Positions 1-12,346 of a DNA stretch of 63,755 bases are shown piece after piece. The stretch covers positions 56,045,393 to 56,109,147 of the forward strand of contig NC_068983.1 of assembly GCF_001194135.2 (NCBI RefSeq), in the 5' to 3' direction. A model generated the notes under the pieces. That model worked only from the letters and a program-made list of their open reading frames with translations, was not told the DNA's origin and ran no database searches. Position 1 is the first letter of the stretch, and each line of letters starts with the position of its first letter. A program made the position numbers and the translations under genes. Source of the stretch: Octopus bimaculoides (taxonomy: Eukaryota).

Positions 1-58
<58 letters not shown>

Positions 59-248
59 TGTATGTCTATATACATATAGCTATACATGACAGATACATAT
101 GTTTGTGTGTATAATACGATTATAAATGGCTTCAAGTAGTATCTATAGTTGAAGCCACTTATTATAATTATCTAATAGTCATGGCTAAGGTTATCGACCA
201 GTTATTAATGGATCCAAAACACCTGGTGATTTTTACACATTACATTTG

Positions 249-280
<32 letters not shown>

Positions 281-676
281 TACATATATGATAATGGCCT
301 CTCCAATCAGTTACCACATATGAATGTCTTGTTGCGTATTCAAGCGGACAATTTCCTTTTTGAATTTAATATGGGATGTCATTGACAGTTCAACAGATAC
401 ATGTACCTTTAACATAGTTTGCGAGTAGAATCGCTGTGATACAAGCATCGCCAGCTTGGACCTCTGTATTACATGTGCCGCCCATCCCATGAGTTTCTAT
501 GCAGTTTCTGTCCGTTATGTTTCACTCATATGAGGTTATGGTAAAGACAGTGGGCCAGGGTGCCATGGAGTGCTGCTACGCAAAGGACATCATGAACGTG
601 AAGTGTATATATGTGTAGGTTTGTCTGTCCTCAAACACACACATACATACACGCACACCACACACATGCACCTATA

Positions 677-1150
677 TATGAGGTCTGATCAAAAAGTGTT
701 GATGCCGTTGTTATAGTAACAGAGCACAGAGTTAAAGTACACAGATTGAAGCCACTTGGCACAGACTGACCGTGAACTCTGTTGGGCATGTACACTAAAT
801 TATAGCATTCTCATTCACTTCTGTTGTTTATAACAGTGCTTGGAAGTAAAGCATATAGAGTGTGGTCATCTCACCACACCACAGAGGTTCCATCAGTGAC
901 CATGGCAGAGAAAATGTGTGTGTGTGTGGAAAGAGATATGCCTTGAAGATTATTACAGCCAAGAATATTTCCAAAAATCAAATTCTACTGGAAAAGAACA
1001 AGATTTTAAGATATCAAGGAAATCCAAGGATATGTGATGAAGCAGTTGTTCTGTATTCCAAAATGGGAGATCCAAGAATATTTCCATCAATGGAAACAGT
1101 GCTGGATAAAGTGTGTGGTTTCTAAAAGGGGGCTACTTCTAATGAGATTA
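677..1150 (+). mobile_element. Internally deleted, degenerate mariner-type DNA transposon
   Basis: Starts TATGAGGTCTGATCAAAAAG (mariner-like end at a TA). 1034-1130 translates to KQLFCIPKWEIQEYFHQWKQCWIKCVVSKRG, resembling the mariner transposase C-terminus (...W..RW.KCV...G.Y). Confidence 0.65.
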
Positions 1151-2203
1151 AATACTGAATTGATATCATCATCATCATCATTTAATGTCTGTTTTCCATG
1201 CTGGCACAGGCTGTGTGGTTTGACAGAGCTGGCAAGCTGGGGAGCTGTTTCTAGCTCCATTTGTTATAATTTTCTTTTTATAATACTTTTTGGTTCCATC
1301 TTCTATAATAATAAATGCCAAAACGAATTTCTGTGTGTCAGTGTGTCACACTTTGACCTCCTCTCACATTATTCGATGACACTTCAACTCCTCTTGCTGG
1401 GGCGAGACTAATAGGCATAGAGATGGTGAGGGTGGTAGTAGATTGACAGTTGAGACGGTAATAGGTTGAGATGGAGGCGATGGTGATAATGGTGGTGGTG
1501 GTGGTAGCTGAGGTGGTCAAGCATAACAGTGATTGTAAGGAATGTGAAAGACAGTGATGATGGTGGTGGAGGGGAAGGTGGTGATGTCAAAGGTTTTGAT
1601 GGTGGTGGTGTCAGAAGTCTGAATAGTGTGTGTATGGCAGTTGTAGTGGCGATGGTGGTGGTACTGGTGATGGTGATGGTTGAAAACAATCAACAGAAAA
1701 AGAGAGAAAGAGGTTAGACAGAGATAGAAATTGTACTGAACCCCGAATGGGAAGACATGTTTGTCATGAAGCTTTGCAATAAGTTCCAAGTCAACAAATC
1801 ATATCATTGTTTTGATGAATATTGTTCATTACTTGAAAAATATTAGTCAAGTTTGATAAAATTTAATATGTACTCAATGCATGAAGTGTCATTATTGGGC
1901 TCAAGGCCTAATGAAGAGCCCTCCACAAGAGCTAGCTTAAAAGCTGCCCTATTGAGCATCTTTTAAGCTAGTGTTTATATATATATCTATATATGTAACT
2001 TAGCCAAGGAACTAAAGTCCCTTAAGGGATGCAAGCATCCTAGTTCTCTGGTTTATAGTAGTGTTCAGTGAAAACCAAGAAAATTAGTTTATCATTGAAA
2101 GGTATAGGTATTTAAAAAAGATTTATGAATGTGAAAAGGAAGAAAATGGAGAAAACTGACATACAGATGTTGTTTATTCAAAGATATTTGAATTCATGTA
2201 GCG

Positions 2204-2332
2204 AAATTCCTGCCTACACCTGTTTCTATACCCAATCAATTGAATTACAATTCAATTACAAATTCAAATTCCCATATTTGAATTTCTGTAATTGAATTGA
2301 TTGGATGAGGAAAGAGCTGTAGGCAGGAATTT
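2204..2332. repeat. Fold-back hairpin (MITE-like)
   Basis: Perfect 15-bp outer arms AAATTCCTGCCTACA/TGTAGGCAGGAATTT plus inner arms caattcaattaca-aattcaaat / atttgaattt-c-tgtaattgaattg. Confidence 0.8.
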
Positions 2333-2768
2333 TTATTCTGTTTCATTGTGGTTTTATAGTGGTTAAGATGACAAATATCCGTGAAATGTAAATAATGTAA
2401 ATAATGTACATAATTCCTCATCTCTTAAATATAGAACTGTATGAATGTCTCTTTCAAACAAGTGGTGTTGTTCATTGACAATATTCCATGGCAATGTGTC
2501 TGGTCATGGGAAAAACAAAATACCTAACTTTAAAATAGTCAGGTTTTGGTGACAATATGTGTATTTATCACATTTAGCAGAAGATCACAAATGAATGAAT
2601 ATTAAATAAAAAATACAGCATAACTTTAAAAAAAACATCGGTATCATTTGATGGAAAGAAAAATGGTATGAAAAAAACTTTTGAAAAATATAAAATAAAA
2701 AATGCAACTTCAAAGGAAAGTTTAGATGGTTAGAAAAAACCCCAATAATTCAACTAAATATCTTGCCC

Positions 2769-3008
2769 ATGGGCATATGGCGTAGTGGTTAAGAGCGTGG
2801 GCTACTAACCCCAGGATTCTGAGTTCAATTTCAGGCAGAGACCTGAATAATAATAATAATAATAATAATATCAAAAAATACCGTAGGAATGAGTACCCAG
2901 GTTTGAAATTTCCCCAAGACACCTGATGAAGGCTGGAGGGTATATCAACTGAAACATTGTGTTAACAACAAACAAGATGAGGACAAATATCCGTCAAATG
3001 TAAATAAT
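2769..3008 (+). mobile_element. tRNA-headed SINE-like element with (AAT)n tract and hammerhead-like tail (copy A)
   Basis: A-box-like TGGCGTAGTGGTTAAG, B-box-like GAGTTCAATT, (AAT)n, then GACAC CTGATGA A GGCTG..CAACT GAAAC ATT GTGTT at 2918-2963. Confidence 0.8.
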
Positions 3009-3424
3009 ATAAATATCTTGATTATTATGATATTTATTATGTAGATTTTGAAGATGTTAACTGTCAAATCTTAAAAGGAAATGTCTGGCTCCTGCAACTT
3101 TGATTGACAGGTGTTGAGGGAAAAATACAAGATTTAAATATAGTGGAAATATACAAGAAGTATTTATGTAATTATGTGTTCACTTCTATACTTGCTATAA
3201 AAGTTTAAAGTTTTGTAGATTTTTTTTCTATAATTTGTTTGTCATTTTATCATTTATTTTTTTTACTTCTGTCACTAGACTGCTGCCATGCTGGGGCATG
3301 ACCATGGAGAATTTTAGTTGAATGGATTGTCTCCAGTATTATTTTTTTTTAAGCTTGGTACTTATTTGGTTGGTCTCTTTTGCAAAACCACTAAGTTACA
3401 AGGATGTTTAGTGAGTATAGATGT

Positions 3425-3609
3425 TACAGTTCTATATTTAAGAAATGAAGAATTATGTGCATTATTTACATTATTTACATTTCACGGATATTTGTCCTCG
3501 TCTTGTTTGTTGTTAACAGAATGTTTCGGCTGATATACACTCCAGCCTTCATCAGGTGTCACGGGGAAATTTCGAACCTGGGTTCTCATTGCTAAGGTAT
3601 TTTTCAATG

Positions 3610-3663
<54 letters not shown>

Positions 3664-3699
3664 TCACTGCCTGGAATCAAACTCAGAATCTTGGGGTTA
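3425..3699 (-). mobile_element. Same hammerhead-tailed SINE-like family (copy B, head truncated)
   Basis: Reverse complement reads GACAC CTGATGA A GGCTG GAGTGTATAT CAGCC GAAAC ATT CTGTT at 3560-3515; tail ends ...ttaaatatagaactgta. Confidence 0.8.
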
Positions 3700-3924
3700 A
3701 GAGTGCGGGCTACAAACCCCAAGATTCTGAGCTCCATTCCAGGCAATGACCTGAATAATAATAATAATAATAATAACATTGAAAAAAATACCTTAGGAAT
3801 GAGAACCCAAGTTTGAAATTTTTTCAAGACACCTGATGAAGGCTGGAGGGTATATCAGCCGAAACGTGTTAGCAACAAACAAGATGAGGACAAATATCTG
3901 CCAAATGTAAGTAATGTAAATAAT
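3696..3924 (+). mobile_element. Same hammerhead-tailed SINE-like family (copy C), head-to-head with copy B
   Basis: gttaagagtgcgggctac...(AAT)n...GACAC CTGATGA A GGCTG GAGGGTATAT CAGCC GAAAC GTGTT at 3828-3870 (3-nt deletion of GTT relative to consensus). Confidence 0.8.
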
Positions 3925-5756
3925 GGATTATAGATGTGTTTTGATTGTTTAGCTTGGTGATGTACTGATTAGGTGATGGCTGCGTGTAAATGACAAATTA
4001 ACACTCATTAAATGTAGCAATTTGTATTTTGTTGGAGACGTGTTGTAAGATGTGGCATTCTGATATGTACTGTATAAACAAAAATGGAGCGAGTGAATAT
4101 ATCGCCTGAAAGTACCTACTGTGAGAGAGGCATAGCAATACCTCGTGTAGGGCGCTGAAGCAACAAGCAAGGGCTAGTAGTCCTAGCTGTGGGTGGTGAG
4201 TGCCCAAAGGAAAAAGAGGCTGACGAATGCCAGTCGGGCTCCTTTTAAGCTTTTCACGACTTCTGTTAGGGGCTGTTGTGTTTTGTGGTAATCCAGGCAG
4301 ACACGAAGGGCATGCTACAGATGTAAACACAGCAGTTGTCAAATGGTGGTGAGGGACAAACACACACACAGACACACACACACAGAAACGCACACGATGG
4401 AGTTCTTTCACTTTTTGTCTACCAAACCCATTCACAAGGCTTTGGTTAGCTTGAGGCTATAGTAGAAAACACTTGCCCAAGGTTCCACATAGTCGATTTG
4501 AACCTGGAACCACATGGTTCAGAAACAAGCCTCTTACCACACAGCTACACCTGTGTCTACAGAAGTATTTATATAATTATGCTGTCTTTTGTATAGTTTC
4601 TATAAAAGTTTAAAATTTTGCAATTTTGTTTTGCTATAATTTTTCTAGTTTGATTCTGTGAAAGATTTTTTGTGACAGGTTAAATTGATGTTTTGTGTCT
4701 TTTTTAGTTGTTTTTTTCTTTTTTTATGATCTGCCATATTCAGTGAAATAATTCTAAGTTTATATAATTTTCTAGCTCATACTGGAATAGTTTGCTAGTT
4801 TAGATGTGGTATGATATTAAAGATTAAAATTTTTTTATGCTTTTTCTATTAATTTAAGATATAGGTAATAGCTGAAGTAATGAATGCTTGCTTCTAATTT
4901 GGTGACTAACAGTCTTATATGGTTTTTCAATTTGATATAAACTATGATTTTTGTGCCTTTAGTTAAGTGATCAAAATAATAATACATTCAAATTTACCCA
5001 TTATATGATGAGTAACACTCTAGTTTCATAATAATCTAGATAGCAATTTGAATTTTTTTCTTTTTTCCTTAACATTCCAAAATTTTCTTATAAGCGGTAT
5101 TTTATCTTTTTTGTATTTTTTCCTTTCTCAGAATTACAGTTTTTATATTTTTGTACAACATCGTTGTTTTGTTGTTGATTTTAAAAAAAAATAATTTCAA
5201 CCTGTTTAAGCATGGCATTTATTTTTGGTATTTACTTATTTTTTCTCTCATATCAAACTTGATAAATACATTGAAATGATTTAGCTATGCTATAAGGTAT
5301 TCCAAATTCAATTAGACAGTATATAATTTATGTTTATAATGCAGATCAGCATGAATATGGTGAGGGCGTACAACATAGTTTAATGATTAGCCTATTAACA
5401 AATTATGAGAGTTTTGTGTAAAGCTAAGTTTCCCCACTCATCAGATGGGCATATTTTTGATTGAAGTTGAACACTGCCACAAAAAATGGGTTTGTGTACA
5501 GGATTTCCACAGCACTCATTTTGCTTTTCCTTTGGTCTTTGGTTCTGCTCAACGTTGATTTAAAGCATGACCATCTCATGAATGTGTGGAATTGTAACTT
5601 CATATGAAACTTTATTAGGCTATCATTTATTAATATGATCAATTATAAACTCTATTACCCACAAACACACATACACACACACACATATCTGTATAAATAT
5701 GTATGTACATGTATAAATGTGTGTATATGTGTATATATATACACATACACACATAC

Positions 5757-5913
5757 AGCGTGGCTATGTGGTAAGAAGCTTACTTTCTAACCACACGATT
5801 TGGGGTTCATTCCCACTGTGTGGCACCTTGGGCAAGTGTCTTCTATTATAGCCTTGGGCTGACCAAAGCCTTGTGAGTGGATTTGGTAGATTGAAACTGA
5901 AACAAGCCCCGTC

Positions 5914-5953
<40 letters not shown>

Positions 5954-6166
5954 GTTTGTGTCTGTGTTTGTTCCCTCAACATCACTTGACAACCGATGTT
6001 GGTGTATTTATGTCCACTGTAACTTTGCAGTTTAGCAAAAGAGACTTGCAGCTTAAGTACCAGGCTTACAAAGAATAAACCCAGGGGAAAATTTTTTCGA
6101 TTGAAAGGTGGTGTTCCAGCATGGCCACAATCAAAATGACAGAAACAAGTCAAAGAATAAAAGAAT
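5757..6166 (+). mobile_element. Dominant tRNA-derived SINE with internal (TA/TG)n tract, near full-length copy
   Basis: Head gcgtggctatgtggtaagaagc...gggttcattcccactg, body ggcaccttgggcaagtgtcttc...gtggatttggtag, tail ggtgttccagcatggcc...gaataaaagaat. More than 15 further full or partial copies in both orientations, e.g. 4330-4550, 10990-11292, 12710-12860, 14010-14340, 29475-29600, 48880-49090, 58095-58255. Confidence 0.85.
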
Positions 6167-6429
6167 GTGTATATATATGTTTGTGTATGCATGTGTGTGT
6201 GGGTGTATATTTTGTCAGTGAACAGGTTGCGGTCTCAAACTAGCTTATAAGACTATGATCCCTGCCAACTGAGTGGGGCTTCAGTAGAGAGGGAGGAAGA
6301 TTTATGTTAAGGGATAAACAGATAGGGTATGAAGGAAGGGCCAGAACAGAGGAGCTAGAGGCATGGCTGCTCCCATTATACAAGAATATGTAAAAAACAC
6401 CTTTTGAGCGTGGTCGTTGCCAGGACCGC

Positions 6430-6645
6430 TTGAGTGGCCCTCGTGCTGGTGGCATGTAAAAAGCACCCACTACACTCTCGGAGTGGTTGGCGTTAGGAAG
6501 GGCATCCGGCTGTAGAAACTTTGCCAGATCAGACTGGAGCCTGCTGCAGCCATCTGGTTCACCATTCCTCAGTCAAACTGTCCAACCCATGCTGGCATGG
6601 AAAGCGGACGTTAACCAAAGATGATGATGATGATGATGATGATGA
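6430..6645 (+). mobile_element. (GAT)n-tailed retroposon 3' end (SINE or LINE 3'UTR family)
   Basis: gtggttggcgttaggaagggcatcc...ccatgctggcatggaaagcggacgttaa followed by (GAT)n. Other copies: 12885-13108(+), 15332-15660(-), 19075-19296(+), 32356-32672(-), 39412-39792(-), 45040-45232(-), 54313-54460(-), 56680-56856(+). Confidence 0.8.
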
Positions 6646-7234
6646 TTAATCTGTGTGAAACTGGAAAGAGAGCGATAAAGATGGTGGTGGTGAGGTGTCA
6701 AGGTGGGATCTAGGGGTAAAAAGACATGAAGAGGGGCTTCTTTCAGTTTTTGTCTGCCATTATGATTTAGAAGGCTTTGGTTGGTCCTGGGCCTTTGAGG
6801 AAGACACCAGCCCAAAGGTCATGAAGGGACTGGATGTGAAATGAGATGGAGAAGTGAACTTCTTAACCACACAGCCAAGTCTGTGCCTATATGTATGTGC
6901 GTATGTGTGTTTTTATGTGTATGTGTGTGTGTTTGTGTACAAATATATATATATATATATATAAACATACACACATGCATACATACACTTGTGTGTGTCT
7001 GGGTGTGTATACAGAGAGGAAGAGAGAGAAAGAGAGAGGGAGTGAGAGAATATAGACAAATAAATATGTACATTTGTATACACTTGCATGTACATATCTG
7101 CACATGCATATATACACACACACACATACACACAAATATATGTAGGCCAACAGATAAATAGATATTTTCATACATCTAGATATATACGTCTACTTGTATG
7201 TATTTACTTATATATGTATATATGTATATTTACT

Positions 7235-7282
<48 letters not shown>

Positions 7283-7870
7283 NNNNNNNNNNNNNNNNNN
7301 NNNNNNNNNNNNNNNNNNNNNNNNNNNNNNNNNNNNNNNNNNNNNNNNNNNNNNNNNNNNNNNNNNNNNNNNNNNNNNNNNNNNNNNNNNNNNNNNNNNN
7401 NNNNNNNNNNNNNNNNNNNNNNNNNNNNNNNNNNNNNNNNNNNNNNNNNNNNNNNNNNNNNNNNNNNNNNNNNNNNNNNNNNNNNNNNNNNNNNNNNNNN
7501 NNNNNNNNNNNNNNNNNNNNNNNNNNNNNNNNNNNNNNNNNNNNNNNNNNNNNNNNNNNNNNNNNNNNNNNNNNNNNNNNNNNNNNNNNNNNNNNNNNNN
7601 NNNNNNNNNNNNNNNNNNNNNNNNNNNNNNNNNNNNNNNNNNNNNNNNNNNNNNNNNNNNNNNNNNNNNNNNNNNNNNNNNNNNNNNNNNNNNNNNNNNN
7701 NNNNNNNNNNNNNNNNNNNNNNNNNNNNNNNNNNNNNNNNNNNNNNNNNNNNNNNNNNNNNNNNNNNNNNNNNNNNNNNNNNNNNNNNNNNNNNNNNNNN
7801 NNNNNNNNNNNNNNNNNNNNNNNNNNNNNNNNNNNNNNNNNNNNNNNNNNNNNNNNNNNNNNNNNNNNNN

Positions 7871-8200
7871 TGCCGGGTCTTCTCACGCACAGCACATTTC
7901 CAAAGGTCTCGGTCAGTAGTCATCGCCTCGGTGAGGCCCAATGTACGAAGGTCTTGCCTCACCACCTCAGCCCAGGTCTTCCTGGGCCTACCTCTTCCAC
8001 GGGTTCCCTCAATTGTTAGGGTGTGGCACTTTTTCACGCAGCTATCCTCATCCATTCTCACCACATGTCCATACCAGTGCAATCGTCTCTCTTGCACACC
8101 ACAACTGATGCTTCTAATGTTCAGCTTTTCTCTCAAGATACTTACACTCTGACGGGTATTCACATTGACATTACACATCCAACGGAGCATACTGGCTTCA
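7871..8200 (-). mobile_element. RTE-clade LINE ORF C-terminal fragment
   Basis: Translates to LREKLNIRSISCGVQERRLHWYGHVVRMDEDSCVKKCHTLTIEGTRGRGRPRKTWAEVVRQDL, the typical RTE C-terminal RLxWxGHVxRM...RGRPRKTW motif. Confidence 0.9.
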
Positions 8201-9299
8201 TGTATATATATATATATACACACACATATATATATATATGTATAAAAATATATGTATACATGTGTGTGTGTGTATATATATGCACACACACACACACAGA
8301 CAGACACACACTCAGACACATATACATACATACATACATACATACATACAGATATTTATATATGTGTGCATGTACATATGTACATATGTAAGGTATGTAC
8401 GCTTGTTTCGTTTATCAAAATCTCTCTCCATAAATAAAATATACACATACATATATATATATATATATATANNNNNNNNNNNNNNNNNNNNNNNNNNNNN
8501 NNNNNNNNNNNNNNNNNNNNNNNNNNNNNNNNNNNNNNNNNNNNNNNNNNNNNNNNNNNNNNNNNNNNNNNNNNNNNNNNNNNNNNNNNNNNNNNNNNNN
8601 NNNNNNNNNNNNNNNNNNNNNNNNNNNNNNNNNNNNNNNNNNNNNNNNNNNNNNNNNNNNNNNNNNNNNNNNNNNNNNNNNNNNNNNNNNNNNNNNNNNN
8701 NNNNNNNNNNNNNNNNNNNNNNNNNNNNNNNNNNNNNNNNNNNNNNNNNNNNNNNNNNNNNNNNNNNNNNNNNNNNNNNNNNNNNNNNNNNNNNNNNNNN
8801 NNNNNNNNNNNNNNNNNNNNNNNNNNNNNNNNNNNNNNNNNNNNNNNNNNNNNNNNNNNNNNNNNNNNNNNNNNNNNNNNNNNNNNNNNNNNNNNNNNNN
8901 NNNNNNNNNNNNNNNNNNNNNNNNNNNNNNNNNNNNNNNNNNNNNNNNNNNNNNNNNNNNNNNNNNNNNNNNNNNNNNNNNNNNNNNNNNNNNNNNNNNN
9001 NNNNNNNNNNNNNNNNNNNNNNNNNNNNNNNNNNNNNNNNNNNNNNNNNNNNNNNNNNNNNNNNNNNATTCCTTTCCCTGCTTTTGCTATTGTTAAGCTG
9101 AAAAAGAAAGAGGCAAAAAAAAAAGAGGGAAAAACAGAAATTGTTAAATTTGTTTTGTTTAGTTTGGATTTTTTATTTTTATTGTATGTATTTGGAGTTT
9201 CTGCATAGATTACACCCACGGATGTATGTATTAGTTGTATCAACAGTATTAAGTCGTGTGTGTGTGTGTGTGTGTGTGTGTATCTTCCAATCATCTATA

Positions 9300-9960
9300 C
9301 ATAAATTTCCTTTTTCTCTCTCTTGCACACAAACACACAGAGACAGACAGACAGACACACAAACAAACACACACACATACATACTCGCATGCATACATAC
9401 AAACACACACTGACACAGACACACACAACCTCACATGCACAAACATTCATGCATACACACATTCACATTTGCATTCACACATACACACACATTCACACAC
9501 ACACTCACACATGCACATGCAAACACACACACGTTTGCATACGCACACACACACTGTCACACACATGCATACAACTACACAGACACATTGACACACACAC
9601 ACGCACATTCACAAACACGCACACAAATACACACACACTGTCACACACATGCATACAAATACACATGCATTCACACACACACTGCTACACACACGCATAC
9701 ATATACGCACACACATTCACACACACACACTGACACACACAAACACACACGCACGCACAAATACACACACATGCACACAAATATACACACTTCCACACAC
9801 TTCCATACACATGGATATAAATACACACACACATTCATACACACGCAGACACACACGCACACACAAATATTCACACACACACATTGACACACTCACATTG
9901 ACACACACACACTTTCACACACATACATACAAATACACACACTCACACACACACATTCTC
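9300..9960. repeat. Long degenerate (CA)n low-complexity tract
   Basis: About 650 nt of interrupted CA repeats; it generates the spurious His/Thr-rich ORFs. Confidence 0.95.
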
Positions 9961-10614
9961 AGATTGCCTATGCACATGCACATAATATTAAAACATGCCG
10001 AAGCACAGATATCGTTAACGATTCCATGATCTATTCAGATCGTTGCCGTCAATTCCATGCTTTCGTTGTACTCTGTTCCATAAACAGACTCATAAAACGT
10101 TTCACTACATACAGTCTGTGAATGCGAAGTTTTGTTTGCTATCTGTTTGCTATCTCAGACTGCGAAAGTAGCATGAGGAAGTGTTTTTAAATGGGTAAAA
10201 TGCCGCTGGTGCCAGCAACGATGGTAGTGATGGTGGCGAGGATTACGAAGATCGTGATGACAATTATGATGATGACGCTAATCGTCTTGGTGTATATGTC
10301 TTCCTCGTACTAAAATGTTACATACTGAAGAAACGTGTTTTATGATTTATTTATTTATTTAGCTATTTATTTTTATCTTTTTTGGTTTATTTTCATGTCA
10401 TGTTGAAAAAGAAAAATTATATAAAAAGAAAACAAAACAGAAAAAGAAAAAAATATCTGGAATGTATTTAAAATACCAAACATTTATTTGGAATCTTTGA
10501 TCTTTACTTTTAAATGAACTGTTTTCTTCAATGTCTGTTTTAACTCTCTCTTTTTTTGTCTTTCATCATCATCATCTTCATCATCATTTTTGCTACTACT
10601 ACTACTACTACTAT

Positions 10615-10653
<39 letters not shown>

Positions 10654-11804
10654 AACAACCACTATAACACAGAAGTGTGCTGTTGCTGGTTTTTCCAAAG
10701 AGCCAACTGGTCTACTGACCCAAAGTTTATAATCTGAAACAGCGTTGCATGCATTCAACTTCTTGTTTTGATCGACCGATTCAATAATAATAATAATAAT
10801 GTTGTGTTTCCATTTGATGGTTCCATAGCTGGAATCTGGGAGGGACTCCAATTGCAAAATCGTTTATTTATTTTCTGTTTATTCTTCTCGCTTCCAACAA
10901 ACGATTGAAATATTTACGAAAAAAATGATAAAAAAGAAAAAAAAGGAAATGTTTTAAAATGTTTTACGTACTTTATGTTTTTTTTTACTTGTTTCAATTA
11001 TTTGACTGTGACCATGCTGGAGCACCGCCTTTTAGTCGAAGAAATCGAACCTGGGATTTCTTTTTTTGTAAGCCAAGTACTTAACCTATTGGTCTCTTTT
11101 GCCGAACTGCTAAGTTACGGGTACATAAACGTACCAACATCGGTTGTCAAACAACGATGATGGGGACAAACACAGACACAAAGATACACACACATAAATA
11201 CACACACACATACACGCGCACACAGACACACACATGATGGGTTTCTTTCAGTTTCCGTCTAACAAATCCACTCGCAAGGCTTTGGTCAGCCGATGTTGAG
11301 AAGTAGGGGTGTGATCCACAGAGGACCAGCTTCATTTTGATGTCTGATACATGTTCCTGTGTTGGTAATTATACCTGTCCTAAACAAAATAGCATTACTT
11401 TTTCACTCACCCTCATAATTAAAGTTACGCTTACTTCCTTAAATTCTACACCTTTTTCAAGTGACCGTTCATTGCTTAGTGGTTAACATATTCAGCTTGC
11501 TATTGTAAGATTGTGAGTTCGATTTCCAGCAGTACATTGTGTCTTTGAACAAGGCACTTTATTCCATGTTACTCCAGTCCACTTACCTGTCAAAATTGAA
11601 TTGAACCTGTAATTCTAATGATCAGTCTTGTTTCTTTCTGTATCATACTGAAGCTTCATGTGCCTGTCATCCTGCTGTGTGTGTGTGTGGGGNNNNNNNN
11701 NNGGGGGGGGGGCGATAAAATAAATACCAGTCAAGTACTGGGGTTGATGTAATTCACTTATTCCCCTCCACCCGAATGTGCTGGCCTTGTGCCACAATTT
11801 TAAC

Positions 11805-11832
<28 letters not shown>

Positions 11833-11837
<5 letters not shown>

Positions 11838-12200
11838 TTCCGCCTTTGTGAAGGTGGAGGTATTGTTTTCAGTCATGTTTGTTTGTTTGTCCATGAACAA
11901 GATATCTCAAGAAGCACTGGATGGATTTGGATGAAACTTTCAGGTATGTTTTGCCTCGTGACTGGCACAAACTGATTAGATTTTGGGAAAAATCCAGTAC
12001 CGGACAAGGATTCTGGATTATTTTTCTGCTTTTTTTTTATTCAATTTTTGAGAGCAGCCAGGTTCATTTTTAGTATTCTCGTTTGTGAGAGCAGTCGAAT
12101 ATATTTCAGATATTCTCATTTTAAAAATCCTCTCTGGTTAATCACAGAGAGGACATTTCTGTTGCCTTGGCAGAAGTTTGCACTCTCTGAGTACTCTTGT
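11833..12200 (+). mobile_element. Non-autonomous Helentron/DINE-1-like (HINE-type) element ending about 50 nt upstream of IFT122 exon 12249
   Basis: Starts attacttccgcc..aaggtggaggt (short inverted repeat), has a (GTTT)n run and a ggatttggatgaaacttt motif, and ends ggcagaagtttgcactctctgagtactcttgt. Architecture as recalled for HINE-like elements. Confidence 0.5.
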
Positions 12201-12248
12201 CATTATTAATTGATTAATTAGTTAATTAATTAATTTATTTTTCTGCAG

Positions 12249-12346
12249 ATCATCCTGAAAAACAAAGAGAAATGCTGAACAAGTTTCATGACTACCAAAG
12301 AAAAGCTGAAATGTATTACATATACCACAACATACATGAATATGTG
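12249..12346 (+). CDS. IFT122: IFT122 (intraflagellar transport 122/WDR10) internal coding exon, phase 1 to 0: (D)HPEKQREMLNKFHDYQRKAEMYYIYHNIHEYV
   Basis: ttttctgcag acceptor and GTG|gtaagt donor; 98 nt, open frame. Aligns by eye to the recalled human IFT122 segment [33 protein letters not shown] and is in phase with the next exon. Confidence 0.92.

Noticed and set aside
2769-2840. tRNA genes at SINE heads
   Set aside because: Only A/B boxes are retained, with no cloverleaf or terminator, and they continue into repeat bodies.
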